From the NCBI GenBank assembly GCA_038125045.1, contig JAYPDB010000003.1, forward strand, positions 1-35,074: a stretch of DNA of 35,074 nucleotides, given 5' to 3'. Both the position numbers and the translations under genes were made by a program. The notes below the pieces were generated by a model that had not been told where the DNA came from, searched no databases, and worked only from the letters and a program-made list of their open reading frames with translations. This document shows, one piece after another, positions 8,920 through 17,666 of the stretch; position 1 is the first letter of the stretch; each line of letters opens with the position of its first letter. The stretch comes from Bacteroidota bacterium. GTDB taxonomy: Bacteria; Bacteroidota; Rhodothermia; Balneolales; Balneolaceae.

Positions 8920-9990
8920 ATGGATACATCGAAGATTGAAGAATTACTAGGAGATGAGTCGGAGTACCTTCTCAATCATATCAGTAAAACAGTTAGTAAA
9001 GATCAGTTAATTTTGCCTACTTCTGATTATGTAGATCAGGTTTGGTATCATTCTGACCGTAATAACCGAGTTTTAGGTAACCTACAATGGCTCATGGATT
9101 CAGGACGTTTAGGAGGTACAGGATACCTTTCTATACTACCTGTAGATCAGGGTATTGAGCACTCGGCAGGTGCTTCATTTGCGAAGAACCCAGATTATTT
9201 TGACCCAGAAAATATTGTCAAGCTTGCCATAGAATCGGGTTGTAATGGAGTTGCATCAACTTTTGGAGCACTACGTTCTGTTTCTAGAAAGTATGCACAC
9301 AAAATCCCTTTCATTGTTAAAATAAATCACAATGAATTGTTGACTTACCCAAATACCTTTGATCAAATTATGTATGGAACTATTGATCAGGCGTATGATA
9401 TGGGAGCTGCAGCGGTCGGTGCTACGATTTATTTTGGTTCTGCTGAGTCGGCACGTCAAATTCAAGAAGTAGCTCAAGCTTTTGCTTATGCTCATGAATT
9501 AGGCATGGCCACTATTCTTTGGTGCTACACACGAAATGATGCGTTCAAAGTAGATGGAGTGGATTATCACACCTCTGCGGATTTAACAGGTCAAGCGAAC
9601 CACATTGGTACGACTATTGGAGCCGACATCGTTAAGCAAAAGCAGCCCACCAATAATGGAGGGTATAAAGCATTAAATTCGGGTAATTCATCGTACGGTA
9701 AACTTGATGATAGGATTTATACTGAATTAACGACGGATCACCCAATCGATCTAACACGTTATCAAGTCATTAACTCATTTATGGGCCGAGCTGGTCTCAT
9801 TAACTCAGGTGGAGCTTCTGGTTCCAATGATTTTGCTGATGCGGTAAAAACTGCTGTTATCAACAAGAGAGCCGGTGGAATGGGATTGATAAGTGGAAGA
9901 AAAGCCTTTCAACGTCCTTTAGGAGAAGGGGTTAAGCTACTTCAAATGATACAGGATGTCTACTTAAATGAAGACGTAACCATCGCCTAA
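8920..9990 (+). CDS. fbaB: Class I fructose-bisphosphate aldolase (FbaB/DhnA type)
   Basis: Collinear with E. coli FbaB as I recall it: [93 protein letters not shown], and the same ...TIA C-terminus. Confidence 0.9.
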   Translation: MDTSKIEELLGDESEYLLNHISKTVSKDQLILPTSDYVDQVWYHSDRNNRVLGNLQWLMDSGRLGGTGYLSILPVDQGIEHSAGASFAKNPDYFDPENIVKLAIESGCNGVASTFGALRSVSRKYAHKIPFIVKINHNELLTYPNTFDQIMYGTIDQAYDMGAAAVGATIYFGSAESARQIQEVAQAFAYAHELGMATILWCYTRNDAFKVDGVDYHTSADLTGQANHIGTTIGADIVKQKQPTNNGGYKALNSGNSSYGKLDDRIYTELTTDHPIDLTRYQVINSFMGRAGLINSGGASGSNDFADAVKTAVINKRAGGMGLISGRKAFQRPLGEGVKLLQMIQDVYLNEDVTIA

Positions 9991-10019
9991 TGGTGCTTAC
10001 GCCTTAGGTTATTTTTTTT

Positions 10020-10051
10020 AGCCTTGTAGGGTTTCTGCAAGGCTTTTTTTT
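10020..10051 (+). terminator. Rho-independent terminator after fbaB
   Basis: AGCCTTGtagggtttctgCAAGGCTttttttt. It has a 7-bp stem followed by an 8-T run. Confidence 0.7.
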
Positions 10052-10061
10052 ATACTATAGT

Positions 10062-11102
10062 ATGAACCAAAACAACAAGACATTGGATAGTCCCAATCAG
10101 ATTATTTCAAAAAAATATCTGATTTTTTCTATTTCTTTGAGTGTTCTTACCATGGCTGGGGTTGTTTGGTACACCTATACTCCTGGTATATTGGATTATT
10201 TGGCCCCTAAACGGCTTCCGGGGCTTGTCATTGCCCTAGTGGTGTCCTTTCTAAGGGTTTGGTTTTCAGCGGCTAAAATTCGCTTTCTATCAGAAAAAAC
10301 CATCAGTTGGTGGGGTGCATTTCGCGTTCAGTTAAGCTGGGACTTCACCTCAGCCGTTACTCCATCGACCATTGGCGGCGCTCCAATGGCAACCTATGCT
10401 ATGACCAAAGAAGGTCTTAAATTGGGCGAATCCACAGCTATTATATTATATAGTGTTTTATTGGATCAAATTTGGTTCGCCATTGCTATCCCAATACTAC
10501 TTTTTGCAGGCATTTACTTTGATGTGGTGCCTCCAGAAGTGGGTTTCTTAGGTGAAGCCTCCATGCTGGTCCTCTATGTTGCACTTCTCTCATATGCTAC
10601 CGTCTTGGCCTATGGGGTACTTATTAACCCCGCTGCCATTTCCAAAATCATAAAATGGGTTGCAAAACTGCCATTTCTCAAGAGTTATCGAGATAATATA
10701 GATCGTGAGGCCTTAAACCTTGAACAGTATGCCCATCAGTTAAAGGCCAAACCCTTAAGGTTTATTCTGCAAGCATTTTATTATTCAACCATGTCCTGGT
10801 TGGCGCGTATAGCCCTAGCGCCCATCGTTATTTTAAGTTTATTACCAGCCCCTGAATTGTTATCGGTTCTCAGAAGTTTGGCTATGAACTTGGCTTTTTT
10901 AGTGGTCCCCACACCGGGTGGAAGTGGAGGTGTAGAAGGTCTTTTTGTACTCTTCCAAGGCCCCCTGATTTCACGTGAAGCCTTTATTGGCTTAGCGCTA
11001 TTTCTGTGGAGAATCATTAGCTATTACATTACCATTGCTTTCGGTATGATGGCGTCTACATGGTATGTAAATCGAGAGGTACATGACCTAAAACGTTCGT
11101 AA
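10062..11102 (+). CDS. Flippase-like / lysylphosphatidylglycerol-synthase transmembrane-domain (UPF0104) family membrane protein
   Basis: Polytopic membrane protein of 346 aa. It carries the family's characteristic late motif VPTPGGSGGVEG. Confidence 0.6.
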   Translation: MNQNNKTLDSPNQIISKKYLIFSISLSVLTMAGVVWYTYTPGILDYLAPKRLPGLVIALVVSFLRVWFSAAKIRFLSEKTISWWGAFRVQLSWDFTSAVTPSTIGGAPMATYAMTKEGLKLGESTAIILYSVLLDQIWFAIAIPILLFAGIYFDVVPPEVGFLGEASMLVLYVALLSYATVLAYGVLINPAAISKIIKWVAKLPFLKSYRDNIDREALNLEQYAHQLKAKPLRFILQAFYYSTMSWLARIALAPIVILSLLPAPELLSVLRSLAMNLAFLVVPTPGGSGGVEGLFVLFQGPLISREAFIGLALFLWRIISYYITIAFGMMASTWYVNREVHDLKRS

Positions 11103-11130
11103 TCAGTTAGTAAGTTATTCATTAAAAAGC

Positions 11131-12471
11131 ATGGCGAAAACCCAGCAATTGTACATTTGTAGTTCATGTGGACACGAGTCCCCTAAATGGTTAGGGAGTT
11201 GCCCTGGCTGTAAAGAATGGAACAGTTTTGTTGAAGAAACTCGGATGGCTTCAACCAGTAAAACCCACAAAGCAAAAATCAAAGGTCTGGAATCCATTAC
11301 GTCCGAACAACCTCAGAAACTCGCAGATATCCAATCCGAAGCTGAAAGTCGTTTTCAGACGAAAATAGAAGAATTGGACCGCGTGTTAGGGGGCGGATGT
11401 ATGAGAGGTTCCTATGTCTTGTTGGGTGGGGCTCCTGGAGTGGGTAAAAGCACGCTCACCTTACAAATTGCGAAGGCAAACGAGAGGTTGAAAATTTTAT
11501 ACTGTGCTGGTGAAGAATCGGTGATGCAGATCAAACAGCGAGCGGAGAGAATGGGGGTTCAATCCGAAAATCTTTGGCTTATCAATGAAACTCGGGTTGA
11601 AGCTATTATTCAACAAGCACAAAAACTGAGCCCTGATCTTCTGATTGTAGATTCTATTCAAACGGTATACAGAGATGAACTCAGCAGCATGCCGGGTAGT
11701 GTTCAACAAGTGAAAGAATGTGCGGCTTTACTTCAGCAGCTAGCAAAAAAATCTCAATTGGCCATTATGATCATCGGCCATATCACCAAAGAGGGAGATT
11801 TGGCCGGCCCTAGAGTTTTGGAACATATGGTCGATACGGTGTTGCAGTTCGAGGGGGACGAACAGTACAGCTACCGCTTACTACGAAGTATCAAAAATCG
11901 ATTTGGACCGGCGCATGAAGTTGGCGTGTTTGAAATGAAATCGGACGGTCTACAAGAGGTGAGCAATCCATCGGCGTATTTTTTGTCGGAACGCAACGAT
12001 GCCATATCAGGGAGTGCCATCAGTTGTGTTTTGGAAGGGTCGCGACCCATACTCATTGAAATTCAAGCCTTGGTCAGTCCTAGCGCATATGGAACACCAC
12101 AGCGAACCGTAAGCGGAATGGATAGAAATCGAGTTCTGTTATTATTAGCGGTATTGGAAAAGCGAACCGGTTTTCGATTCTCGGATAAGGATGTCTATGT
12201 AAATGTGGCTGGGGGCTTTAAAATTAAAGATCCTGCTGCCGATTTAGCCTTATGCATGGCCTTGGTTTCTTCACTTATCGATACTCCCTTGAATCACCAG
12301 GAAATGTGGTTATCAGAAATAGGTCTAGGGGGAGAGTTGCGAAAAGTAGCTCAATTAGATCGTAGGTTAAAGGAAGCCCAAAAATTAGGTTATTCCCAAG
12401 GCTATCAACCTATGGAGAAAGGTAGTAAACCTCAGCTTTCCGATATGGTGAAGTCTTTGGCGCGGGGGTAA
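11131..12471 (+). CDS. radA: DNA repair protein RadA (Sms)
   Basis: N-terminal Zn finger CSSCGHESPKWLGSCPGCKEWNS, Walker A GGAPGVGKST, the RadA-specific KNRFG motif, and a Lon-like C-terminal domain. Confidence 0.95.
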   Translation: MAKTQQLYICSSCGHESPKWLGSCPGCKEWNSFVEETRMASTSKTHKAKIKGLESITSEQPQKLADIQSEAESRFQTKIEELDRVLGGGCMRGSYVLLGGAPGVGKSTLTLQIAKANERLKILYCAGEESVMQIKQRAERMGVQSENLWLINETRVEAIIQQAQKLSPDLLIVDSIQTVYRDELSSMPGSVQQVKECAALLQQLAKKSQLAIMIIGHITKEGDLAGPRVLEHMVDTVLQFEGDEQYSYRLLRSIKNRFGPAHEVGVFEMKSDGLQEVSNPSAYFLSERNDAISGSAISCVLEGSRPILIEIQALVSPSAYGTPQRTVSGMDRNRVLLLLAVLEKRTGFRFSDKDVYVNVAGGFKIKDPAADLALCMALVSSLIDTPLNHQEMWLSEIGLGGELRKVAQLDRRLKEAQKLGYSQGYQPMEKGSKPQLSDMVKSLARG

Positions 12472-12500
12472 ACAAGCAGAATTCCAGATGGGTTCAGGGC

Positions 12501-12532
12501 AAAAAAAACCCCGGTTAGACCAGGGTTTTTTT
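12501..12532. terminator. Bidirectional intrinsic terminator between convergent radA and rpsU
   Basis: aaaaaaaaCCCCGGttagaCCAGGGttttttt. The GC-rich hairpin has one bulge or mismatch. An A-run on one side and a T-run on the other would let it work on both strands. Confidence 0.6.
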
Positions 12533-12558
12533 GATGTGATAAACAATCGGTGGAGAAA

Positions 12559-12753
12559 CTAGAAGTTTTCTCTTTGACGTCGACGCTGCTCACGGACGGC
12601 CTTTTTCATGGCTTCCCGTCGTTCAATAGATGGTTTGGTGAACTGTTGACGGTCCTTATATTCGTTAAGAATACGAGAACGAGTCACCATCTTTTTGAAA
12701 CGATTAATCGCGCGTTCAACGCTTTCGTTGTCTTTAACTTCAACGCCTAGCAT
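12559..12753 (-). CDS. rpsU: 30S ribosomal protein S21
   Basis: MLGVEVKDNESVERAINRFKKMVTRSRILNEYKDRQQFTKPS..RR is the S21 signature. The protein is 64 aa and basic. Confidence 0.9.
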   Translation of the reverse strand: MLGVEVKDNESVERAINRFKKMVTRSRILNEYKDRQQFTKPSIERREAMKKAVREQRRRQRENF

Positions 12754-12884
12754 TGAGTCTCACTTCCTTTCATTTTATTATTTCTCATTATTGAGAGTAT
12801 AGAATATACAGGTTTTTGAGCTAGAGTGAAAGAATTAAGAGAGGGTGAAATGATTTCTAATACCATAAAAAGCTTCTGTAAACC

Positions 12885-13712
12885 TTAATCACTATGGTTT
12901 AAGATCCACTTCGATTCCAGCCATTCCGGATTAAGTCCCAGACCAAATAGTGCATAATCGTACTTTGAGGGGTCTTTAGGGTCCAGGAAAACGAGCTCTT
13001 TCTGTAGTTCCAATACGGCCTTCCAATCATTCTGACGGCGTGTAATAAGTCCTAATATTCTACTTTGACGGGCTACATGAACATCCAATGGGATATATAT
13101 TTCGGATGTGTCCATAAAACTCATACTCTTAAGATCCACTGGCCCACCACGTAAGGTCCAACGTAGATACATGTAGAGCCTTTTACAGGACCCGCCTTTT
13201 TCTGGATTTGAGAGGTGTCTTCTGGTTCTAGCTGGAATTTCGGGGTAAAACGAGAAAAATTTCTCGTGAAAAACCCCCATTAACGGACGGTTATGTCGTT
13301 TGGATTCTTGGTAACACTCCATCCAAAATGACTCAAAACTTAGGTGTTTTTTAAGAATGGATTGGATGGTTTTAATTAACCAATACATGTCTTCATCATT
13401 AAATGTTCGATGCTTGAATCCTTTTAGGTATTCGAAATCACTTTCTGTGAAATTCCCAATAAATTCCACAGGTTTGTAGGACATCCTTGAGAGAAAATCA
13501 TCGACTTTTGCGATGACAATGGACCGTTTTCCCCATGCCATTGTAGCGGTAAAAAAACCCGCTACATTGATATCATTGGCATCTTGAAAGGCATGTAAAA
13601 ATTGAATGGGATCCGAGTCAATGTACGCTGGTTGTTCCATTCTGTACACCCATTCATCCAAACTAGGCTTTAACTTTAGTAGTTGTTTTCGAGATCCTTT
13701 ACGCAAACTCAT
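12885..13712 (-). CDS. TIGR02757/DUF2400-like uncharacterised protein
   Basis: 275 aa. The N-terminal ...YIDSDPIQFLH....DANDINVAGFFTATMAWGKR... and C-terminal IPLDVHVARQSRILGL...DPSKYDYALFGLG blocks match my memory of this conserved hypothetical family. Its ATG overlaps the mutY stop by 14 nt. Confidence 0.65.
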   Translation of the reverse strand: MSLRKGSRKQLLKLKPSLDEWVYRMEQPAYIDSDPIQFLHAFQDANDINVAGFFTATMAWGKRSIVIAKVDDFLSRMSYKPVEFIGNFTESDFEYLKGFKHRTFNDEDMYWLIKTIQSILKKHLSFESFWMECYQESKRHNRPLMGVFHEKFFSFYPEIPARTRRHLSNPEKGGSCKRLYMYLRWTLRGGPVDLKSMSFMDTSEIYIPLDVHVARQSRILGLITRRQNDWKAVLELQKELVFLDPKDPSKYDYALFGLGLNPEWLESKWILNHSD

Positions 13713-14793
13713 CGATCAAGGCTAAGGTTAGAAGACGGTTTGCTTTTGGAAAAGGATAGTGGGTGAGTTCATCGATCGAAATCCATCGTATTTGCTGGCT
13801 GGCTTTTGGTTCTGGTGTAGCGGAAGCATCTACTTGTGCGCACAAATACGCGGTCATATGTATCGTGAAATGCGAGTAGGCATGATCGAGTTGCATGAAT
13901 TTGTGGAGAATGGTGATTTCTACCCCTAATTCTTCCTTTATTTCACGTATAAGGGCTTCTTCGCTGCTTTCTCCTGCTTCTTGTTTCCCTCCTGGAAATT
14001 CCCACAACCCCCCAAGCATAGCCTCTTCTGGTCGTTGAGCAATGAGTAATTGGTTCTGCTCATTTCTTATAATAGCAACCGAAATGTGATGATGAGGCCG
14101 CTTAGCTTTTTTGGATGCATAGGGAATTCGCTCTGTTTTTGACTGGGTAAAGGCCACACATTGGGCGGAAAGTGGGCAGTGTTCACAAGCGGGTTTATGC
14201 GGAGTGCATACAGTCGCTCCCAACTCCATAATCGCTTGATTGAAGTCATCGGGTGGGTGTCCAATAATCCACTCATCAACCACCTTTTGAATACGTGATC
14301 GAGTAGCATTTTTTCGAGTATCCTCTTCGAGACCGATGTACCTACTGACCACTCGAATCACATTACCATCCATAACCGCATGCTCCAGCTTAAAGGCAAT
14401 ACTTGCTATGGCAGCTGCGGTATAGGGTCCAATACCGGGAAGAGAACGTAGTGCTTCATAATCGGGAGGTAACGAACCTTCACATTCACTCAAAATTTGC
14501 TTGGCGGCTTTGTGAATATTGCGAGCTCGACTATAATAGCCCAATCCTTCCCAAAGCATAAGCACCTCTTGTTGATCGGCTCGTGCCAAAGACTCGACCG
14601 TTGGAAAGGCATGAATAAAACGCTCAAAGTAGGGAAGAGCTTGATCTACCCGAGTTTGCTGGAGCATAATTTCCGATATCCATATGTAATAGGGATTTTT
14701 AGTCTCCCGCCATGGCATAGGCCGATGCTCTCTATGATACCATTGGAGTAAATCTGAAATGTTTGGAGAATACTCGACGATAGGATCATTCAT
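13699..14793 (-). CDS. mutY: A/G-specific adenine DNA glycosylase MutY with a Nudix-type C-terminal domain
   Basis: Catalytic Glu context is WISEIMLQQTRV. The HhH is LPGIGPYTAAAIASIAF and the catalytic Asp sits in VMDGNVIRV. The 4Fe-4S ligands are Cx6Cx2Cx5C (CTPHKPACEHCPLSAQC). The C-terminal domain contains HAYSHF. I prefer the ATG at 14793 (MNDPIVEY...), which gives an 8-nt overlap with the upstream gene. The track start at 14865 would overlap it by 80 nt. Confidence 0.9.
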   Translation of the reverse strand: MNDPIVEYSPNISDLLQWYHREHRPMPWRETKNPYYIWISEIMLQQTRVDQALPYFERFIHAFPTVESLARADQQEVLMLWEGLGYYSRARNIHKAAKQILSECEGSLPPDYEALRSLPGIGPYTAAAIASIAFKLEHAVMDGNVIRVVSRYIGLEEDTRKNATRSRIQKVVDEWIIGHPPDDFNQAIMELGATVCTPHKPACEHCPLSAQCVAFTQSKTERIPYASKKAKRPHHHISVAIIRNEQNQLLIAQRPEEAMLGGLWEFPGGKQEAGESSEEALIREIKEELGVEITILHKFMQLDHAYSHFTIHMTAYLCAQVDASATPEPKASQQIRWISIDELTHYPFPKANRLLTLALIDEFA

Positions 14794-16462
14794 TGTCTCT
14801 GGGAAGATCGATGACCTGTAGCTCCACCTCCACTGAGCTAGCTGCTCCAAGAGCATCGGTGGCAATGATTTTGAAGCGATGTTTTCCTAGGTCTTTCTCT
14901 TTTGGCGTCCATTCCAATAATCCTGTTTTCTCATCCATTTGTGCACCTTCTGGTAAATCTACTCCCAAAAATCGTACCAAGGAAGCGCCTTGATGTCGAG
15001 ACTCAGGATCTAAAGCTGTGTATCGAACGGAATAGGCGTCACCCATCACTAATGTGCTGGTGCGTATGGGGCTCATTCTAGGAGGAGCATTAAAACTTGG
15101 AATATCTACCTGTATGAAGGTGCTATCAACCAATCCATTGGAGGTACTGGCAATGATTTGAAAGCGGTGCATTCCTATTTGATTGAATTGGGGTTGCCAA
15201 TAAATACCGCTACTTTTTATTTGTAATCCAGCAGGAGCATCTTTTACACTGAACCGCACCGCTTCTTTCGGCCAGTTTTCTTGAGTAGCCACTCCTAAGA
15301 GCACAGGATAAGGATAGGGAACTACTTGCGGTGCATAAGGAACAATGGATAGAGTGGTAGGTAAACTTGAGCCATTGGTACGTACCGTCTTGGTCGAATC
15401 CGGCGCCACAGATTGAGTGTCCCAATCGATAGAAATACGGGATGTCTCATCTCTAACTTGCCCAACTAAACCAAATTCATGCAACCAGAGCTGAGCGTCG
15501 TTTCCACTGAGTAAATAATTGGCTTGCGAATCTTTTTTCCATCTTCTAAGTCCTTTGGATGGATGATATCGCCACAATTCGGCTTCACCCTTATCTTCGA
15601 CTTGAAGAAACCATTCGCCTTTGAACCGTGCAATGGTGCTTATTGGGGCACCCAAGGAAATGTCCATGGCATTCGAGCCTTCTGCGGTGATCTGAAATAC
15701 AAGTCCATTGACACTGGAACCATAGAATGTATTTCCAATTAAATGTAGGGATTCTATACGTGGGTCAATACCGATGCTGTTTACCCACTTCAAGGTATCT
15801 TGATCCGAAGGCCAGCTAAAATGATGCAGATTTCCAGGGGTAAGCACAAACAGTTGATGGGAGTTGGGTACAGAAGCCAAATCCAATACAGCATCCCTCT
15901 TTAGTTGTTCATGAGCAATAAGTTGCATCTCCGTATCAAAACTTTCAGGATTGCTTAAATCCAAGACGCCTAAACCTTGGCCACCCATTGCCAAATACAC
16001 ATAATTACGTATCCTAGCGACCCCTAATGGTTCTCTATCCAAAAAGGTTGATGAATAGACGCCCAGCACCGAGGTGGGTTCGAGAACGGTTAATCGATTA
16101 CCATTACCATATAAGTACGCGAAGCGGATGTCACTTTCAATCACCGTACCTCTTTTTTGCATCCCATCGTTGGTATACAACCACTGTGATTTTTTTTCGG
16201 GTTGAATGCGAAACACAGCCAATCCCTCGCTTTCGGACAAGACATAGAGATGGCTTGCGCTGGCAGAAATGGTCCGAACGTTGGGAATGTTCATCTCTGA
16301 AATTAACTCAACCGTTGGAATCGTTTCTTCAGACAACAGCGGACCGGATGAGTCCACCTTAGAATCCTCAGTCGAAGCTTGCGCCCAAAGGGCAGAGCTG
16401 TAGAGATAGGGTATAAGCCCCAGTACGACAAATAGGGTGGGGATGAAATTTTTTTGATCCAT
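14786..16462 (-). CDS. Secreted/cell-surface protein: LVIVD-like beta-propeller repeats plus two C-terminal cadherin/Ig-like (He_PIG-type) domains
   Basis: Signal peptide MDQKNFIPTLFVVLGLIPYLYSSALWAQA. The repeats GLAVFRI, RLTVLEP and GLGVLDLSNP resemble LVIVD repeats. Two similar C-terminal modules follow (...GLQIKSSGIYWQPQFNQIGMHRFQIIAS... and ...MDEKTGLLEWTPKEKDLGKHRFKIIAT...). The track start at 16492 is TTG, so ATG 16462 is preferred. Confidence 0.5.
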   Translation of the reverse strand: MDQKNFIPTLFVVLGLIPYLYSSALWAQASTEDSKVDSSGPLLSEETIPTVELISEMNIPNVRTISASASHLYVLSESEGLAVFRIQPEKKSQWLYTNDGMQKRGTVIESDIRFAYLYGNGNRLTVLEPTSVLGVYSSTFLDREPLGVARIRNYVYLAMGGQGLGVLDLSNPESFDTEMQLIAHEQLKRDAVLDLASVPNSHQLFVLTPGNLHHFSWPSDQDTLKWVNSIGIDPRIESLHLIGNTFYGSSVNGLVFQITAEGSNAMDISLGAPISTIARFKGEWFLQVEDKGEAELWRYHPSKGLRRWKKDSQANYLLSGNDAQLWLHEFGLVGQVRDETSRISIDWDTQSVAPDSTKTVRTNGSSLPTTLSIVPYAPQVVPYPYPVLLGVATQENWPKEAVRFSVKDAPAGLQIKSSGIYWQPQFNQIGMHRFQIIASTSNGLVDSTFIQVDIPSFNAPPRMSPIRTSTLVMGDAYSVRYTALDPESRHQGASLVRFLGVDLPEGAQMDEKTGLLEWTPKEKDLGKHRFKIIATDALGAASSVEVELQVIDLPRDNE

Positions 16463-16503
16463 AATCAAAGGTACTAATTCTTTTACACTCAATAGGGGTT
16501 AAA

Positions 16504-17505
16504 TCACGATAACCAGCCTTGTTTTTTGTACCAATCTAAGGTATTCGCTAAACCAGCTTCAAGACCTATGGAAGGGGAATAGTCCCATTCCCGCTTGGCT
16601 TTTTCCGAGCTGCAGACCCAATTTTGGCTCAATTCATTGGCTTTTTCAACGTTTAGGGCAGGATAGCGTTGAACCAAAGGCGCGGTAAGTTCCGATACTC
16701 TCGCAATACCAAACAAAAGAGCGTTGGGTATGGGGATTTTTAGATAGCTTTTGCCCAAAATAGACGAACATCTCATAAAAATTTCTTCCCATGAATAGGC
16801 ATTTTCAGGACCACCCACAAAATAGCTGTGCACCCCTGGGGTCTTACAATGCATACTTTTGCCCATACCCTCAACCAGATCATGTACATGAATAAGTGAT
16901 AGATTTTTCTGCTTGAAAGGGCCAATAACCGGGGCTATTCTCCTATTTAAGGCTTTAAATAGACCAAAAATATCGGTTTCACGGGGTCCATATACCGCAG
17001 GAGGTCTGAGAATTTTGATACTTAGTTTTGGGTTTTGTTCGGTGCTGCTGACTAGTTTTTGTAAACCTTCTTCCATCATCATTTTAGAACGGCCATAGTT
17101 ACTAATGGGCCTCATCGGTGAGCGTTCGGTAAGCGCATCGGCATCGGCATTGGAGGGGCCTACTGCCGCAAGAGAAGAAAGTATGACTATGTTATGTACC
17201 CCGGATTCCACAGCCATTTCAACCAATCGAAGTGTTGCCTCCACATTGGCCCGAATGAAGTGTTCCAGATTAGGGGCATGTAACAGAGCTGCACAGTGAA
17301 ACAGAACATCGATACCTTCAAGATGTTGCCCAACAGCATCAATGTGTTCTAGGTTTCCATGAACAGGGGAATAGGCCAGACCTTCTAGCCACTTCTCTTG
17401 ACTTCGTATGAGCACTTTGGTCTCCTCAACGCTGGGGTTGGAGAGAAGGGATTCTACCAAATGACTTCCAACAAAACCGGTTCCACCAGTAACAAAGGCT
17501 TTCAT
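16504..17505 (-). CDS. NAD(P)-dependent epimerase/dehydratase-family (extended SDR) protein; candidate lipid keto-reductase
   Basis: MKAFVTGGTGFVGSHLV (Rossmann TGGxGxxG) and the catalytic YGRSK (YxxxK). Length is 333 aa. It is divergent from the GT4-GT4-SPT-GNAT array. Confidence 0.8.
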   Translation of the reverse strand: MKAFVTGGTGFVGSHLVESLLSNPSVEETKVLIRSQEKWLEGLAYSPVHGNLEHIDAVGQHLEGIDVLFHCAALLHAPNLEHFIRANVEATLRLVEMAVESGVHNIVILSSLAAVGPSNADADALTERSPMRPISNYGRSKMMMEEGLQKLVSSTEQNPKLSIKILRPPAVYGPRETDIFGLFKALNRRIAPVIGPFKQKNLSLIHVHDLVEGMGKSMHCKTPGVHSYFVGGPENAYSWEEIFMRCSSILGKSYLKIPIPNALLFGIARVSELTAPLVQRYPALNVEKANELSQNWVCSSEKAKREWDYSPSIGLEAGLANTLDWYKKQGWLS

Positions 17506-17608
17506 AAATGTGTATATTTAGGAGTTGTTAGTCCATCGAGTGAATAGCATGTGTTTTCCCCGCTACACTAACATAATACAAAGAAGCAAAATACAAAGTA
17601 GCCATCGG

Positions 17609-17630
17609 CTTGTAAACGGTCCATTACAAG
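17609..17630. promoter_or_regulatory. Inverted repeat CTTGTAA-N8-TTACAAG in the divergent promoter region (candidate operator)
   Basis: Perfect 7-bp arms (17609-17615 / 17624-17630). It lies 37 nt upstream of the ATG of the first GT4 gene, inside the 161-nt intergenic region shared with the SDR gene. Confidence 0.25.
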
Positions 17631-17666
17631 TTCTTTGCTAGTCGATAATTCACACATTACGGTCGA

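Noticed and set aside
14794-14865. Longer mutY start (MPPMLLEQ...) at 14865
   Set aside because: It would overlap the upstream gene by 80 nt and add residues not seen at MutY N-termini. ATG 14793 gives the familiar short-overlap junction.
16027-16362. 111-aa ORF antisense to the LVIVD/Ig-like gene, and similar antisense ORFs at 14497..14751, 15524..15742, 17105..17299 and 26950..27243
   Set aside because: All are embedded antisense in longer ORFs that have recognisable domains. None has a motif or independent signals.
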